A DNA stretch of 64,000 nt from Scenedesmus sp. PABB004. Lineage: Eukaryota. The notes beneath the pieces are model-generated. The model was not told the origin of the DNA. It searched no databases and was given only the letters and a program-made list of their open reading frames with translations. This document shows, piece after piece, positions 33,348-45,700 of the stretch. The stretch covers positions 310,001 through 374,000 of the forward strand of contig JABVCE010000014.1 in the NCBI GenBank assembly GCA_014905635.1, written 5' to 3'. Made by a program: the position numbers and the translations under genes. Position 1 is the stretch's first letter. Every line of letters begins with the position of its first letter.

Positions 33348-36207
33348 TGAGCGTGAGAGTGCGCGCCGCCGCAGGAGCTGGCGCGCGCCAAGGCGGAGCG
33401 CCTGGCCGCGCTGGGCGCGACCAAGGAGGAGCGCGCGGCGGCCAAGGCGGCCGAGGCCAAGGCGCGGCACGAGGCAGCCAAGGCGGCTGCGGCGGAGGCG
33501 CTGGCGCGCATGCGTGAGCCGCGGCGGCGCCGGCGCGCGCGCGCCGCTGCCCTGGTGCTGCCCCCCCCCCCCCCCCCCGCGTGTCGGCGGCCCTGCCCAG
33601 CCACACCTCACGCGCGCCGCCGCGCCCCGGCCCGCGCAGCGGGCCACGGCGCCAAGGCGGCTCGCACGGGCGACGACCGGCACGGCTCCGTGGCACTGCC
33701 GGACACCACCCTGGACAAGGTCATGGTCTGCATTGCGCGCACGCTGGAGCCCGGCGGCGTGCGCGGGCCCAGCCTCGTCGCGCGCGACCTGGGCAGCGCG
33801 TCGCTGGTGCGCCGCGCCGCGCCGCGCAGTGCGGCGCCGCGCAGCGCCGCGCAGCGCGGCCCGCTGCCCGCCCTGGCCGCGCGCCCCGCGGCGGCGGCGG
33901 CGCGCCCTGCAGCTGCTGCGCCCGACCTGCGCCTCGCTGCTCCCGGCGCTCTCTCGTAGGTCTGCTGGGACTTCCACAACGCGGCGGGGGCCGGCTTTGC
34001 CGCGCTGGCGGAGGAGGTCGCGCGCAGGCCGCAGGTGGTCAGCCCAAGCAACGTGGGCTGGTATGACATCACGCGCACCTCGGTGCTGCCCGCCCTGTGG
34101 GCCCTGCCCGGCGACCCGGCCCTCGGCGGCTGGCCATTCTGGCAGTCCGTCGTGAGCGCGCCCGCGGCGCTGACGGTGCCGCAGCTGAAGGCCGCTGCGC
34201 GGCACCTCGGCTTGACGGTGAGCGCGCCGCCCCTGTCGCCACTGTGCTGCCGGCGGCGGGTGCGGCGCGCTCGCAGCCCTGAGCGCGCCGCTGCTGCGCG
34301 CCGCAGGTGACCGGCACCAAGGCGGAGCTCGTGCTGCGCGTGCTCGGAGGCTTTGGGCTCTCGGCGCCGACTGTGGCACCCGCGCAGCTGCTCCGCGCGC
34401 TCCTGCTCGAGCGCAGCAGCGAGTTTGTCGCGTACGAGGTGCCGTGGCCCGGCAGCCGCAACTGGCGGGAGGACTCGCCGCTGTTCAAGGCAGTCTGTGA
34501 CATCCAGTGCTCGGGGAGCGAGGTCTGCGATCTGCGAAACGCCACGGTGCGGCGGGTCTGGCGCTCGCTGCAGGGTGTGCGCCGCCTGGTGCCGCGGCAG
34601 CCCGCCGCGACCGGCCGCGCCGCCGCGTCACAGCCCGCCGCGACCGGCCACGCCGCACGCCGCGCCCGCAGGCCAAGGGCCTCGCCGGGCTGCGCGCGGC
34701 GCTCACGGCCGCGGGGCTGGCGAGCATGCCCGAGCTGCTCGCGGAGGCGCAGCGCGCACGGGCGCGCGCGGAGGCGGCGCGCCGCGCGGAGGAGCTGCGC
34801 CGCCAGCAGGCGGAGGAGCGCCGCCGCCAGCAGGCGGAGGAGAGGCGCCGCCAGCAGGCGGAGCGCGACCGCCAGCAGGCGGAGGAGCGCCGCCGCCAGC
34901 AGGCGGAGCTGAACCGCCAGCGGGCGGAGCTGTACGGTCAGCAGGGAGGGCCGTACGGCCAGCAGGGGGAGCCGCACGGCCAGCAGGGGGAGCCGTACGG
35001 CCAGCAGGGGGGGCTGTACGGCCAGCAGGGGGGGCTGTACGGCCAGGGAAAGAAGAAGAAAAAGCGGGGCGGGCGCCGCAACAGGGGCCGCCGCACGGGC
35101 GAGTTTGGCCAGGCGCCGCCGCCAGCCTGGCCGGGGGCGGCCGAGGCCGCCGCGGCCGCCGCCGCGGCCGCCGCGGCCGCCGCCGCGGCCGTCGCGCAGC
35201 CGGCGCACGGCGCAGAGGGGCTCGGCGCGCCCGCCGCGCCGGCGGCCGAGGGCGGTGCAGGCGAGGCCGCGCCTGCGCAGCCGGCGGCCGGCCTGGAGGG
35301 GGTCAGCGTGCCCGCCGCGCCGGTGGCCGAGGGCGGCGCAGGCGAGGCCGCGGCCGCGCAGCCGGCGCACGGCGCAGAGGGGCTCGGCGCGTCCGCCGCG
35401 CCGGCGGCCGAGGGCGGCGCGGGCGAGGCCGCGCCTGCGCAGCCGGCGCACGGCGCAGAGGGGCTCAGCGTGCCCGCCGCGCCGGCGGCCGAGGGCGGCG
35501 CGGGCGAGGCCGCGCCTGCGCAGCCGGCGCACGGCGCAGAGGGGCTCAGCGTGCCCGCCGCACCGGCGGCCGAGGGCGGCGCGGGCGAGGCCGCGCCTGC
35601 GCAGCCGGCGGCCGGCCTGGAGGGGGTCAGCGTGCCCGCCGCGCCGGTGGCCGAGGGCGGCGCGGGCGAGGCCGCGGCCGCGCAGCCGGCGGCCGGCCTG
35701 GAGGGGCTCAGCGTGCCCGCCGCACCGGCGGCCGAGGGCGGCGCGGGCGAGGCCGCGCCTGCGCAGCCGGCGGCCGGCCTGGAGGGGCTCAGCGTGCCCG
35801 CCGCACCGGCGGCCGAGGGCGGCGCGGGCGAGGCCGCGCCTGCGCAGCCGGCGGCCGGCCTGGAGGGGGTCAGCGTGCCCGCCGCGCCGGTGGCCGAGGG
35901 CGGCGCGGGCGAGGCCGCGGCCGCGCAGCCGGCGCACGGCGCAGAGGGGCTCGGCGCGTCCGCCGCACCGGCGGCCGAGGGCGGCGCGGGCGAGGCCGCG
36001 CCTGCGCAGCCGGCGCACGGCGCAGAGGGGCTCAGCGTGCCCGCCGCGCCGGCGGCCGAGGGCGGCGCAGGCGAGGCCGCGGCCGCGCAGCCGGCGCACG
36101 GCGCAGAGGGCCTCGGCGCGCCCGCCGCGCCGGCGGCCGAGGGCGGCGCGGGCGAGGCCGCGGCCACGCAGCCGGCGGCCGGCCCGGAGGGGCTCGGCGC
36201 GCAGTGA
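32580..36207 (+). CDS. Multidomain protein: XPA C-terminal-like + F-box-like + SAP domain + repetitive C-terminus
   Basis: XPA-C-like LCASRARAAYGLSDKDL..PNPYYPRSAAPMRLYLVREL. F-box-like LPDTTLDKVM..DLGSASL|VCWDF. SAP LTVPQLKAAARHLGLT|VTGTKAELVLRV. NLS-like KKKKKR. Stop at 36207. Confidence 0.65.
34932..35047 (+). repeat. 21-bp coding tandem repeat (GQQGGxY/GQQGEPx, ~5.5 copies)
   Basis: tacggccagcaggggg... units encode YGQQGGP/YGQQGEP/HGQQGEP/YGQQGGL. Confidence 0.9.
35197..36204 (+). repeat. 81-bp coding tandem repeat, 12 full copies plus a partial (27-aa unit QPAHGAEGLSVPAAPAAEGGAGEAAPA)
   Basis: Unit starts at 35197 and 36169 are exactly 12x81 apart. Two interleaved variants (HGAEGL vs AGLEGV). 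Confidence 0.97.
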
Positions 36208-36741
36208 TGACGCAGTGATGGTGCACATGCAGGTGCGACGAAGCGACGCATGACCGGCAGGCGGCGCGGCAGGTTGGACCGGCGAGGCGGCCGGGCGAGT
36301 GGCGGCAGGCATGCATGTACAACAGGTTTGAGCGAGTGCGGGTTGGCCAGCGTTTGCTGGTGCGTTGCTGGTGAGGGTCCCAGAGTGGTGACGATTGAGT
36401 TGAACGATTGAGTTGACCGCGTTGCGACGCCAAAACCCCAGACCGCGCTCGGCTGCGCGCGCCGGCGCTCCTAGGCAGCCCCGCTGCGCCCCGAACAGCC
36501 GCCCCAAACCGCGCCCGGCGCCGCCGCGCTCCCAGGCACGCCCCCGCCAGGCGGCCCCGCGCGCGTTTGAACGACCCGCGCCGCCGTGCTGCGCGCGCCC
36601 CCTCGCGGCACCCTCCGCGCATGCCAGGCCGTCACTGAGCGCGCGGCCGGCCCCTGCGCGCGCGCCGGCGGCCGCGCCGCGAGCGCCGGCCACGAGCAGC
36701 GGCCGCGAGCAGCGCCGCCGCGCCGCCGCGCCGGCCCCACG

Positions 36742-39700
36742 ATGAGCTCCGCCAGCGGCACGTCCGGCACCTCGGGCAGCAGCTTCGGCACCAGCGATGG
36801 CGGCAGCAGCGTGGGGAGCGAGAACACGGACGCGCGCGCGCTGAACGCGCTGCAGGCCGGCGGCGCCGAGGGCGACGGTGCGGACGACCTGGGCGAGAAC
36901 AACAAGAGCCTGCAGGAGGGGGTGCGGAACAGCAGCGCCGGCGCCGCACCGTGCCGCGCCGCGCCGGCCAGCGCGCGCTGCCGCGCCGCGCGCCGCTCCG
37001 CGCGCGCGCGCCGACGTGCGCCGACGTGCGCCGCTGCTGCGCGGCCCTGCTGCTGCGGCTGCACCCCAGGTGTTTGCGACCATCTTCACGCTCACCAAGA
37101 ACCGCGCGCTCGACGCCTCGCTGCGCCTGTCGGCGCTCAAGGTGGTCGTCGAGTTCCTGCAGGTGCGCCGCCGCGTCCTGCGAGCGCCGCGCGCCCTACG
37201 GGCGCAGCGGCCGGCGCGCGCGCGGCCGTCCTGCAAGCCGCTGCCGGCCCGGCCGCCTGCCCCGACCGCCGCGCGCAGCTCTTTCGCGTGCTGTTCAACT
37301 CCTCGTTCGCGTGGAGCATCCGCAAGGTGCGCCCGCCGGGCACCGCGCCGCGCTGGGCGCCGCCGAGCCTGCACGGGCTGCTGACGCCGACTCGCCGCGC
37401 AGGAACTCTGGATCTTCAAGGCCGTGCAGTGGCTGCTCTTCCGCATGCTCGTGCGACCCCCGCCGCACCGACGCGCGCGCGCCCGCCGCAACCGCCGCCG
37501 CGCGCGCCGCAGCCACGCGCGCGCCGCGCGCCTGCGCCCACTGCGCCCGCCGCCCGAGCCCGCGTCGCCCGCGCCGCCCGCGTCGCCCGCCAGGTGGTGC
37601 CCAAGGGCTATGGGAGCTACATCACGCTGTTCTACGTCCTCGCCGGCTTTGTGCTCGTCAGCCTCGTCGGCGCGGCGTGGATCTCGCTCGTGCTCAAGGG
37701 CAGCGACGCGAGCAACACGTGGCTGCGGCGGTGCGCGCCCGCCGCGCCTGCCGCGCCCGCCGCGCCCGCCGCGCCCGCCGCGCCCGCCGCGCCTGCCGCG
37801 CCTGCCGCGCCTGCCGCGCCCGCCCGCCGCGCCGCGCCGCTCAGCGCCCGCGCCGCCGCGGCGCGCGGCGGCAGGCTGATCTCCGCGCTGCAGCTCCTCG
37901 CGCTCGTGGTCTACACCATGGCCTGGTGCGTGCCGCATTGACGGGGGCGCGCCCCGCCCGCTGGCAGCGGCGGTTCAGCTCCGCGCGCGCGCCCCCGGCC
38001 TGACCGCCGCCGCCGCCGCCGCTGCCCGATCGCCGCCGCCACTTCTGCCGCCGCCGTGCGGCCACAGGCCGGCGATCCTCGACTACAACATCTACCTCTT
38101 CGACTGCTCCTGGACCGACCTCGCGTCGGGCGGGCGCCCGATGCACCTGGGCTTCCCCGAGCAGAGTGCGGCCCGCGCCGCGTCGCGCCACGTGGGCCCG
38201 GCGCGCGGCGCGCGGCGGGTGCGGCAGCCGCGCCGAGCCCGCGCGCGCGCCCGCCGCCGCCGCCGCCGCGCCGCGCAGGCTGCCTGGCGATGCAGCACAT
38301 GGCGCACATGCTCTTCTCGGGCGTCGTGTGCGTCGTGTTTGCCGCGATGACGCTGCTCATGGTGCGCGCGGCACGTCCACCGCTGCGCCCCGGCGGCGCC
38401 GCATGCCCGAGCGCCGCCGCCGCGGACCGCGCGCGCCGCGGACCGCGCGCGCCGCGGACCGCGCGCGCCGGCGCCGCCGCCGCGCAGTCGATGGGCATGT
38501 GCGACGCCAACCCGATGACGCGCAGCGTGCTGTCCAGCCCCGACGCCGCGACGTGCTTCAAGCTGCTCGGGCTCAAGATCGCGATGGTGCGCCAGAGAGC
38601 TGACGCGCCTGGACACGGCCCCGCCGCCGCGCGCGCCGGCCCCGCCCGCGCGTGACGCCGCGCCCGCCCCCGCGCCGCGCAGGTCGTCGTCAGCACCGCG
38701 CTCGACGACCTCGGCCGCGTGCAGGTGGTGCTCATGGCCGTGTTTGTGTCGGGCATCGTGTTCTACCACGTCCAGGAGGTGCGGGGGGGGGGGGGGGGGC
38801 TTGTGCGCGTCGACGCGTGTGTGCGACCGCGCGTCGAGGGCCGGCGCCCGGCGAGCGCGGTCGGCAGGCCGCGCCCCGGCCCGCCGGCCCGCCGCGCCGC
38901 GGCCGCCCCGGTCGCCGCAACGCCGCCGCCGCGCCGCTGGCGCCGGCGCGCCCGCGCCGCGCAGCTGCCGTATTACGAGGTGACCGTCAACCTGGTCTGG
39001 AGCGGCCTGTGGACGGGGCTGCTGTTCGTGACGGCCATGCTGCTGACCCTCGAGTTCACCAAGCAGCGCCACACCGACGACGCGCTCTACGCCGGCCGCC
39101 TCACCTGGGTGCGCGCGCGCGCCCGCGCCGGCCGCTTGCGCGGCCCGGCGCCGCGCGCCCTCGGCGCGCGCAGCAGAGTGACGCGAGCCTGCCGCCGCCC
39201 CGCCCCGCCCCGCCGCCGCGCGCAGGCCGTCCTGTACGGCATCTGGCCCGCGGTCGCGCTCGGCGCCGCGGCGGTGTGGGCGCGCATGGGCCTGGTGCGG
39301 CGCGTGAACCGCAAGCTGTGCGCCGCGTTCTCGACGCGCAAGGAGGCGGCGCTGGCGGCGGCGAGCAGCGCCGACGCGGCGGCGCGCGCGGCGGGCGCGA
39401 GCGTGGTCACCATCATGGTCGACCTGCGCGGCGTGCATCGCTTCAGGGACGTGCGCCAGGTCAGCATCCTCGCGCGCGGCATGCGCCGCTGGGACGAGGA
39501 CGGCGTGCCCGACCCCGACGCGGCAGAGTACGGCGAGTTTGTGCTGCGGGTGAGCCGCCGACGCATCCGCCGCCGGAGCTCGCGGCGCCGCCCGCGCCGC
39601 GCGCCGCCGCCCGCGCCGCGCGTTGAGCGCCCCGCCGCCGCCGTGGCGCCGCCGGCGCAGTGCGGGCTCGCGCGGCTCGTGGGTCACCCGGGCCTGCTGG

Positions 39701-42700
39701 TCATCCAGTCCAACTTCCTGATCGAGGTGCGCAAGGACGGCCAGGCGGCGCGCACGTGCATGACGGCCGCGGCCAAGGCGGGGCCGTCGCTGCTGGACAG
39801 CTACCAGCTCTACGTCGCGGCGCAGCTCGCCAAGCAGCTCAAGCGCGGTGCGCGCGCGCCGGCCGGCCGCGCGGGCTGGGTGGGGGGAGGGGGCTGCGCG
39901 GCGGGGCGGCGCGCGCGGCGGGGGCTCGCGGGGCCGCGGGGGGGGGGGGGGGGCGGCCAGCTAGCCGACGCGCGCGCGCGCGCGACGGTGCGCGCGCAGA
40001 GGGCGACGGCCTGGACCTGCTGGGCTATGTCGAGTTCCAGCGCAACTACAGGTCTGCAGCGCCGGCCGGGGCTGTCAGCGCCGGGGCTGTCAGCGCCAGG
40101 GCCGTGCCAGCCGTCGCGCCGACGCCGCGCGCCGCCGCCGCCGCCGCGCCGCCGCAGGGCGTGCGTGCGCGCGCACCAGATGGCCCTCATGGCGCAGCGC
40201 CAGTTCTGGAACGCGCTGCTGCGCGACGCGGTGTCGTTCGTGGACCTGCAGGCGCGCCGGCCGCGGTGGCGGCGGCCTGGGCGCCGCGCGCCGCCTGGCG
40301 CGCGAGCCTGCTGCCGCGCGCGTCGCCGACCGGCTGCCCGCCGCCCCGCGCGCGCGCGCGCTGCGCAGAGCAAGGTCGCCGCGATGCAGCAGACCGAGGA
40401 GCGCGCGCTCACGATCTACCGCCGGTGAGCGGGGGGTGCAGGGCGCCGGCGCCGCGCCGGCCGGGGGCGGCCCCCGCTGCGCGCGGCGCGGGGCGGACGC
40501 CCGCCCACCCGCGCCCCGCCCCGCCGCCGCCGCTGCCGCTGCCCCGCAGCGTTCTGGAGCGCTACCCCAGCAACGGCAAGGTGCGGCGCGCGGAGCAGAC
40601 CGCACGGCCGCCGGCGGCCAGTGTGGCTGAGCGGCGCACGCAGCGCGCTGGCCGGCGCCGAGCCGCCACACACACACACATCCACATCCAACACACACAC
40701 GCGCATCCAACACGCGCGCCCGCCAGGTGCTCAAGGTGTATGGCCGCTTCCTGGAGTACGTGCGCAACGACCCCTGGACGGCGGCGCGGTACTACGACGA
40801 GGCGGTCAAGCGCGGCACGAGCGAGAGCCTGCTCGCGATGACCGCGGGCCAGGCGACCGCGGAGGGCCTCGCCGCGGCGGGGCCGATCGACGAGCGCGCC
40901 GACGGCCTGGTCATCATCAACGCGCAGGGCAGCATCATGATGGTCAACGCCGCGCTGCTTGGCATCACGGGGTACGACAAGGGCGAGCTGGAGGGCAAGA
41001 ACGTCAACGTCCTCATGTGCGCGCGCGGGGGCCGCGGGGCGCCGGGCGGGGCGGCAGCAGCGGCGGCGGGTGGGGCAGGCGCGGGCGCCGCCGGCCGCCG
41101 ACGGCTGCCCGCGCGCCGCCGCCGCCGCGCAGGCCGCAGCCGTTCAGCTCGCACCACAACAGCTTCCTGCAGCGCTACGTCGACAGCGGCGTGCCGCGCA
41201 TCCTCAACCGCACGCGCCCGATGGTCGCGCTGCACAAGGCGCGGCGCCGCCGCGCGGCGCCGCCGCGGCTGCCCGCCGCGGCCGCTGCCACTGCTGCCCG
41301 CCGCGGCCGCCGCCGCCGCTGCCCGCCGTGGGTGGCCAGCTGCGCGCGTGCTGCGCTCACACCCTGAACACGAGCCCCGGCGCCGCCGCCCGGCAGGACC
41401 GGTCCATGTTTCCCATCAGCCTCTGCGCGACGCGCCTGAGCGGCCTCGGCGCCGACACGCTCTTCATGGGCGTGGTGCGCCGCCTGCCGCCCGCGACGGT
41501 CGACGGCGCCGTGGCGGTGCGCTTCTGGACCAACGGCGCGGGCATCGTGCTCTGCGCCGACCGCGCCGCGGGGGACGCGTTTGGCGTCGAGCCGGGCGAC
41601 CTGGTGGGCCGGACGTTCAGCAACCTCTGTGTCGAGGTGGAGCGCGTCACGCGGTGCGGCGGCCGGCGGGGGTTCAGGGCGCGGCAGCATGCTGGGGGCG
41701 CGCGCGCTGCGCCTGGCCGCCGCCCACGCCCGCCAGCCACCCTCGCCGCGCCTGCGCCCGCAGCTTCCTGGCGGACGCGATCAAGGCGGCCGAGGCCGGC
41801 GGCGACGGCTGCGACGCGGCGACGCGGCCGCGGCTGCGCACGCAGATGCAGCACACCTACCTGCCGCCGGTGGAGGTCGAGCTGGCGATCGAGTTTGGCG
41901 GAGCGACGGACAGCGCCAACGACTGCCGCAGCGTCGCGGTGCAGGTGCGCGGGCGGCGCACGTGCTGCGCTCCAGTCTGCTACGCCTGGCTGGCTGCTCG
42001 CGCGGCGCCGCCACCCACCCGGCGCCGCCTGGCCGCGCGCCGCCCGCCGCCGCCGGATGCGCGCGCACGCCCCCGCAGGCGGTCGTGCTGGCCGACGCGG
42101 CGGCGATGATGGTGCTGGACCACAAGGGCCGCCTCGCATACGCGACCGACAAGCTCGCCGCGATGCTGGGCCACCCGGTCGCGTCGCTCGCCAAGATGGA
42201 CCTCTGCGCGCTGCTGCCGCAGCCGTACTGCCAGATGCACGGCGGCTGGTTCAAGGACCTCAGCCACAAGCCCGGCCCCACGAGCTGCCGCGCCGGCGGC
42301 GTGGTCCACCTGCTGGCGGCCAACGGCACCAAGGTGGGCAGGCGTGCCGCGGCGGGCGGTGGCCAGGCACGCAGAGAGCCGGCCCGATCCCACACCGCCG
42401 CGCCCGCCGCGCCCGCCGCGCCCCGCCCGCCCGCCTGCCAAGGTGCCTGTGACGCTCAAAATGTCCGTCAAGGAGGACGCCGCGTCGGGGCGCACAACGC
42501 ACGTCGTGCAGGTCGGTGCCGCGGCGAGGGGGTGGCGGCGCGGCGCGGGCGGCCGCAAAAGAGCGTCTGCTGCCGCGGCTGTGGCGAGCGCGCGCCGCCG
42601 CGCCCGGCCGCAGGTCATGCGCGCGAGCGAGTCGCAGCGCCTCGACCAGCAGCGCCTGCTGCTGCGCATCAACCACAAGGGCACCATCCTGGGCGTCAAC

Positions 42701-45700
42701 GCCGGTGCGCGCCGCGCGCGCTGGGCCTGGCGCGCTGCCGCCGCCGCCGCCGCCGCGCGGCTGCCGCCGCCGCGCGGCGCGCCCCGGCCGGCCTCACGGC
42801 CGCGCGTGCGCGCGGTGCCTGCGCAGGCGCGCCCAAGGCGCTGTTCGGCTTTGAGGTGACCGAGCTCGTGGGCCGCCCGCTCGCGGCGGCGGTGGACGTG
42901 TTTGGGCGCTTCCGACACGCCTGCGGCGAGGACGGCTCGCTGCTGGGCCTCCTGGCGGCGCACGACCGCGGCGAGGAGGCGGGCGACAAGGCCGGCGGCG
43001 GGCACCTGGAGGGCGCGTCGTGGCGCGTGGGCGTGCACCTGCCGGTCAAGAGCGACGACGACATCGCCACGCACGCGGCGCAAATGGCGGCTGACGCCGC
43101 GGGCTCCAAGGCGTGCACGCGCTGGCCGCCGCCGCGGCGGGAGCGGCGCGCCGGCGCTCTCTGCTGCGGGCGCGGCAGCGCGCGCGCGCCCACGCCGCGC
43201 CGCGCCGCGCCGCCCGCCGCCGCCCGCAGGGCGCCGCCGCCGCGCTGGCGGGCTCCGGCGCGCTGGCGAGCGGGCTGCTCCACGCGCTGCAGCAGCGCAA
43301 CCGGCTGCGCGCGGCGTGCATGAGCCTGCACCTCTTGGTGTCGGAAGACGCGGTGGCCCCCGACGGCGACGCAGCGGCCGCGGACGGTGCGGCGGTCGCG
43401 CAGGTGCGCGCAGCGCCGCAGCGCGGCGCTCGCTCGCCCGCGCGCACGCCCAGCATTGCCCGCGCGCCGCCGCAATCGCCGCCGCCGGCATGCGCGCGGG
43501 CTCAGGTGTCGCTGCACCGTGCGGACGCGCTGTCGGCGGTGCTGGAGCTGGACAAGCACATGGCGATCACGCGCGGCGACGACGGCGCGGGGCTCATGTT
43601 TGGCGTGGGCGCCCGCCACCTGGTCAAGAAGAGCTTCCCCAAGTGAGCGAGGGCGCCCTGCCGCCCGGTCCCTGCCGCCGCGCGAGCCCGCCGCAGAGCT
43701 GCCACCCTGCACCGCTTGACCGCCGCCACCGCGCCCGCCGCCGCCGCGCCTGCGCCAGGCTGGTGGGCCTGCCGGGGACGACCACGTTTGAGGACCTGCT
43801 GGGCGCCAAGGGCGCCGGCGCCAAGAAGGGAGCGATGAAGGCGGGTGGCGGCGTGGCGTCCGCGTCGCGCATGGGCGCGCCGCGCCAGCTCACCGCGCAC
43901 CACCTGGCCGACGGCAAGCCGCTGGCGCTGGAGATGCAGGTGCGCCGGCGGCCGGCGAGGCACCCTGGCGCCGCGCGCGCGGCGCCGGCCGGCGGGGCGG
44001 CCACGGCCCGACCGGCCGTCGCCGCCGCCGCCGCGCAGGCCATGAGCTATGCGCAGGGCGGCAAGACGCGCTGGCTGGTGCGGCTGCAGCTGCACGACCC
44101 CGTCAGCGCCAGCATGCCGGCGCTGCTGGCCCTGCGCGAGGGCAAGGCCACGGCGGGGACGGCGGCCAAGCAGGCGCTGGTCGACGCGGAGCCCTCTGCA
44201 GCCGCGCTGACGCTCGCGCACACCGACGGCGACGGCAGCCACAGCGGGCGCAGCAGCCGCAGCGGGGGTGAGCCCGACGGCGAGGGCCGCGACCCGCCGC
44301 CGCGGCATGGCAAGGCGCCCGCCAAGCTCGAGTCCTTGTGAGTGCTCCTGCTCGACGGGGCGCGCGGGCGGGGGCGCGGCGCTGCTGGGCGCGAGAGCGG
44401 CTGGCTGAGCTGCCGCCGCCGCCGCCGCCGCGCAGCAACCGCACCTCGGATTGGGTGCGCGAGACGAGCGCGCTGCCCAAGTCCCAGGCCGGCTCCCCGC
44501 CGCGCCGCGACGGCGGCCTGCTTGCCGAGCGCGGCCGGCTGGGGCAGCTGGCGGAGGATGAGCCAGAGGAGGAGGGCGCCGCTGTCTACGTGTCGGCGCG
44601 GCCGGGCGGTGGCCGGGGCGGGCAGCAGACGCCCGGCCCCAGGTGGGCGCAGCAGGGCAGGAGCAAGTCGTTTGCCGACGACGACGACGAAGAGGCGGCG
44701 TCGGAAGAGGCGGCGGCGGCGGCGCGCAAGGGCTTTGCGCTCGGCGCCGCCAGCATGGCAGAGTCGGCCAGCGCGGCCGGCAGCGCCAGCGTCGGCGACG
44801 GCGCGAGCGAGGCCGGCGGCGGCAGCATCAGCAGCGCGGCGGAGACGGGCCACGACGAGGAGCTGGCCGTGGACACGCGGTGCGCGGCGGCGGGGCGCGG
44901 CCCTGGCCCGGCCCCTGCGTGCCCGCCGCGCGCCCGCTGCGCGCCCGCCGTGCAGCGCCCTGCCAGCTGAGCTCTGCCGCCCGCGCCGCGCCCTCCGCCG
45001 CAGGCGCGCCAAGCGGCTGCGCAAGCTGTTCCGCATGCTGCAGAGCAACGTGGCGCAGGCGGCGGCCAACCGCTGGCGCCGCCACACGCTGGCGCTCGTC
45101 GCCATCGTGCTCGTGGCGCACGTGGCCTGCTTCGCCGTGCTCACCACGCAGATCACCGGCCGCAACGCGTGAGCGGGCCGCAGCGCGCGGCGCCGGCGCG
45201 GCGCGCACCCGCCGCCCGCACGCGCCGTCGCGCGCGGCCCCGCGGCCCCGACGCGCGCCCGCCCCGCCCCGCGCCGCAGCAACGCGCAGGCGGTTTCGGA
45301 CATCGCGCGGCTGCTCGCCTACAGCCAGCAGGCGGTGCTGCGGTGCGCGGCGGGCGGGGCGCCGCCGGCGCACCGCGCGCCGCCGCCGCGGCTGCCGGCG
45401 CGCGCGGGCGCGCTGGGCCCGCCGCCCACGCGCCGCTGCCGCCGCCGCGGCCTGCTGCGCGGCACAGGGCCAACTTCATGCAGAAGTGCTGGATGCAGGA
45501 GTTCCAGGCCTGGTGGGTCTGCAACGACGCGAACAAGGCCATGTACAAGACCAAGGCGCGTGGCGCACGCGCCGCGCGCTGTGTGCAGCCGCCGCCAGCC
45601 GCCGCTGGCCGTGCAGCCGCGCCGGCCGGCGCCGCCGGCGCCCACCACGCGCCGACCACCGCGCGGCGCCCACAGTTTGTGAAGAACATCGGCCTGACCC

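Noticed and set aside
35197..36204. Regular 81-bp array as a possible CRISPR array
   Set aside because: There are no unique spacers, the units are in-frame coding repeats, no cas genes are present, and the context is eukaryotic.
33284..37821. Intronic simple repeats (GGCGCG)n at ~33284-33346 and (GCCGCGCCY)n at ~37737-37821, plus many (GCGCG)n runs
   Set aside because: This is ordinary slippage-type low complexity, common throughout the introns here.
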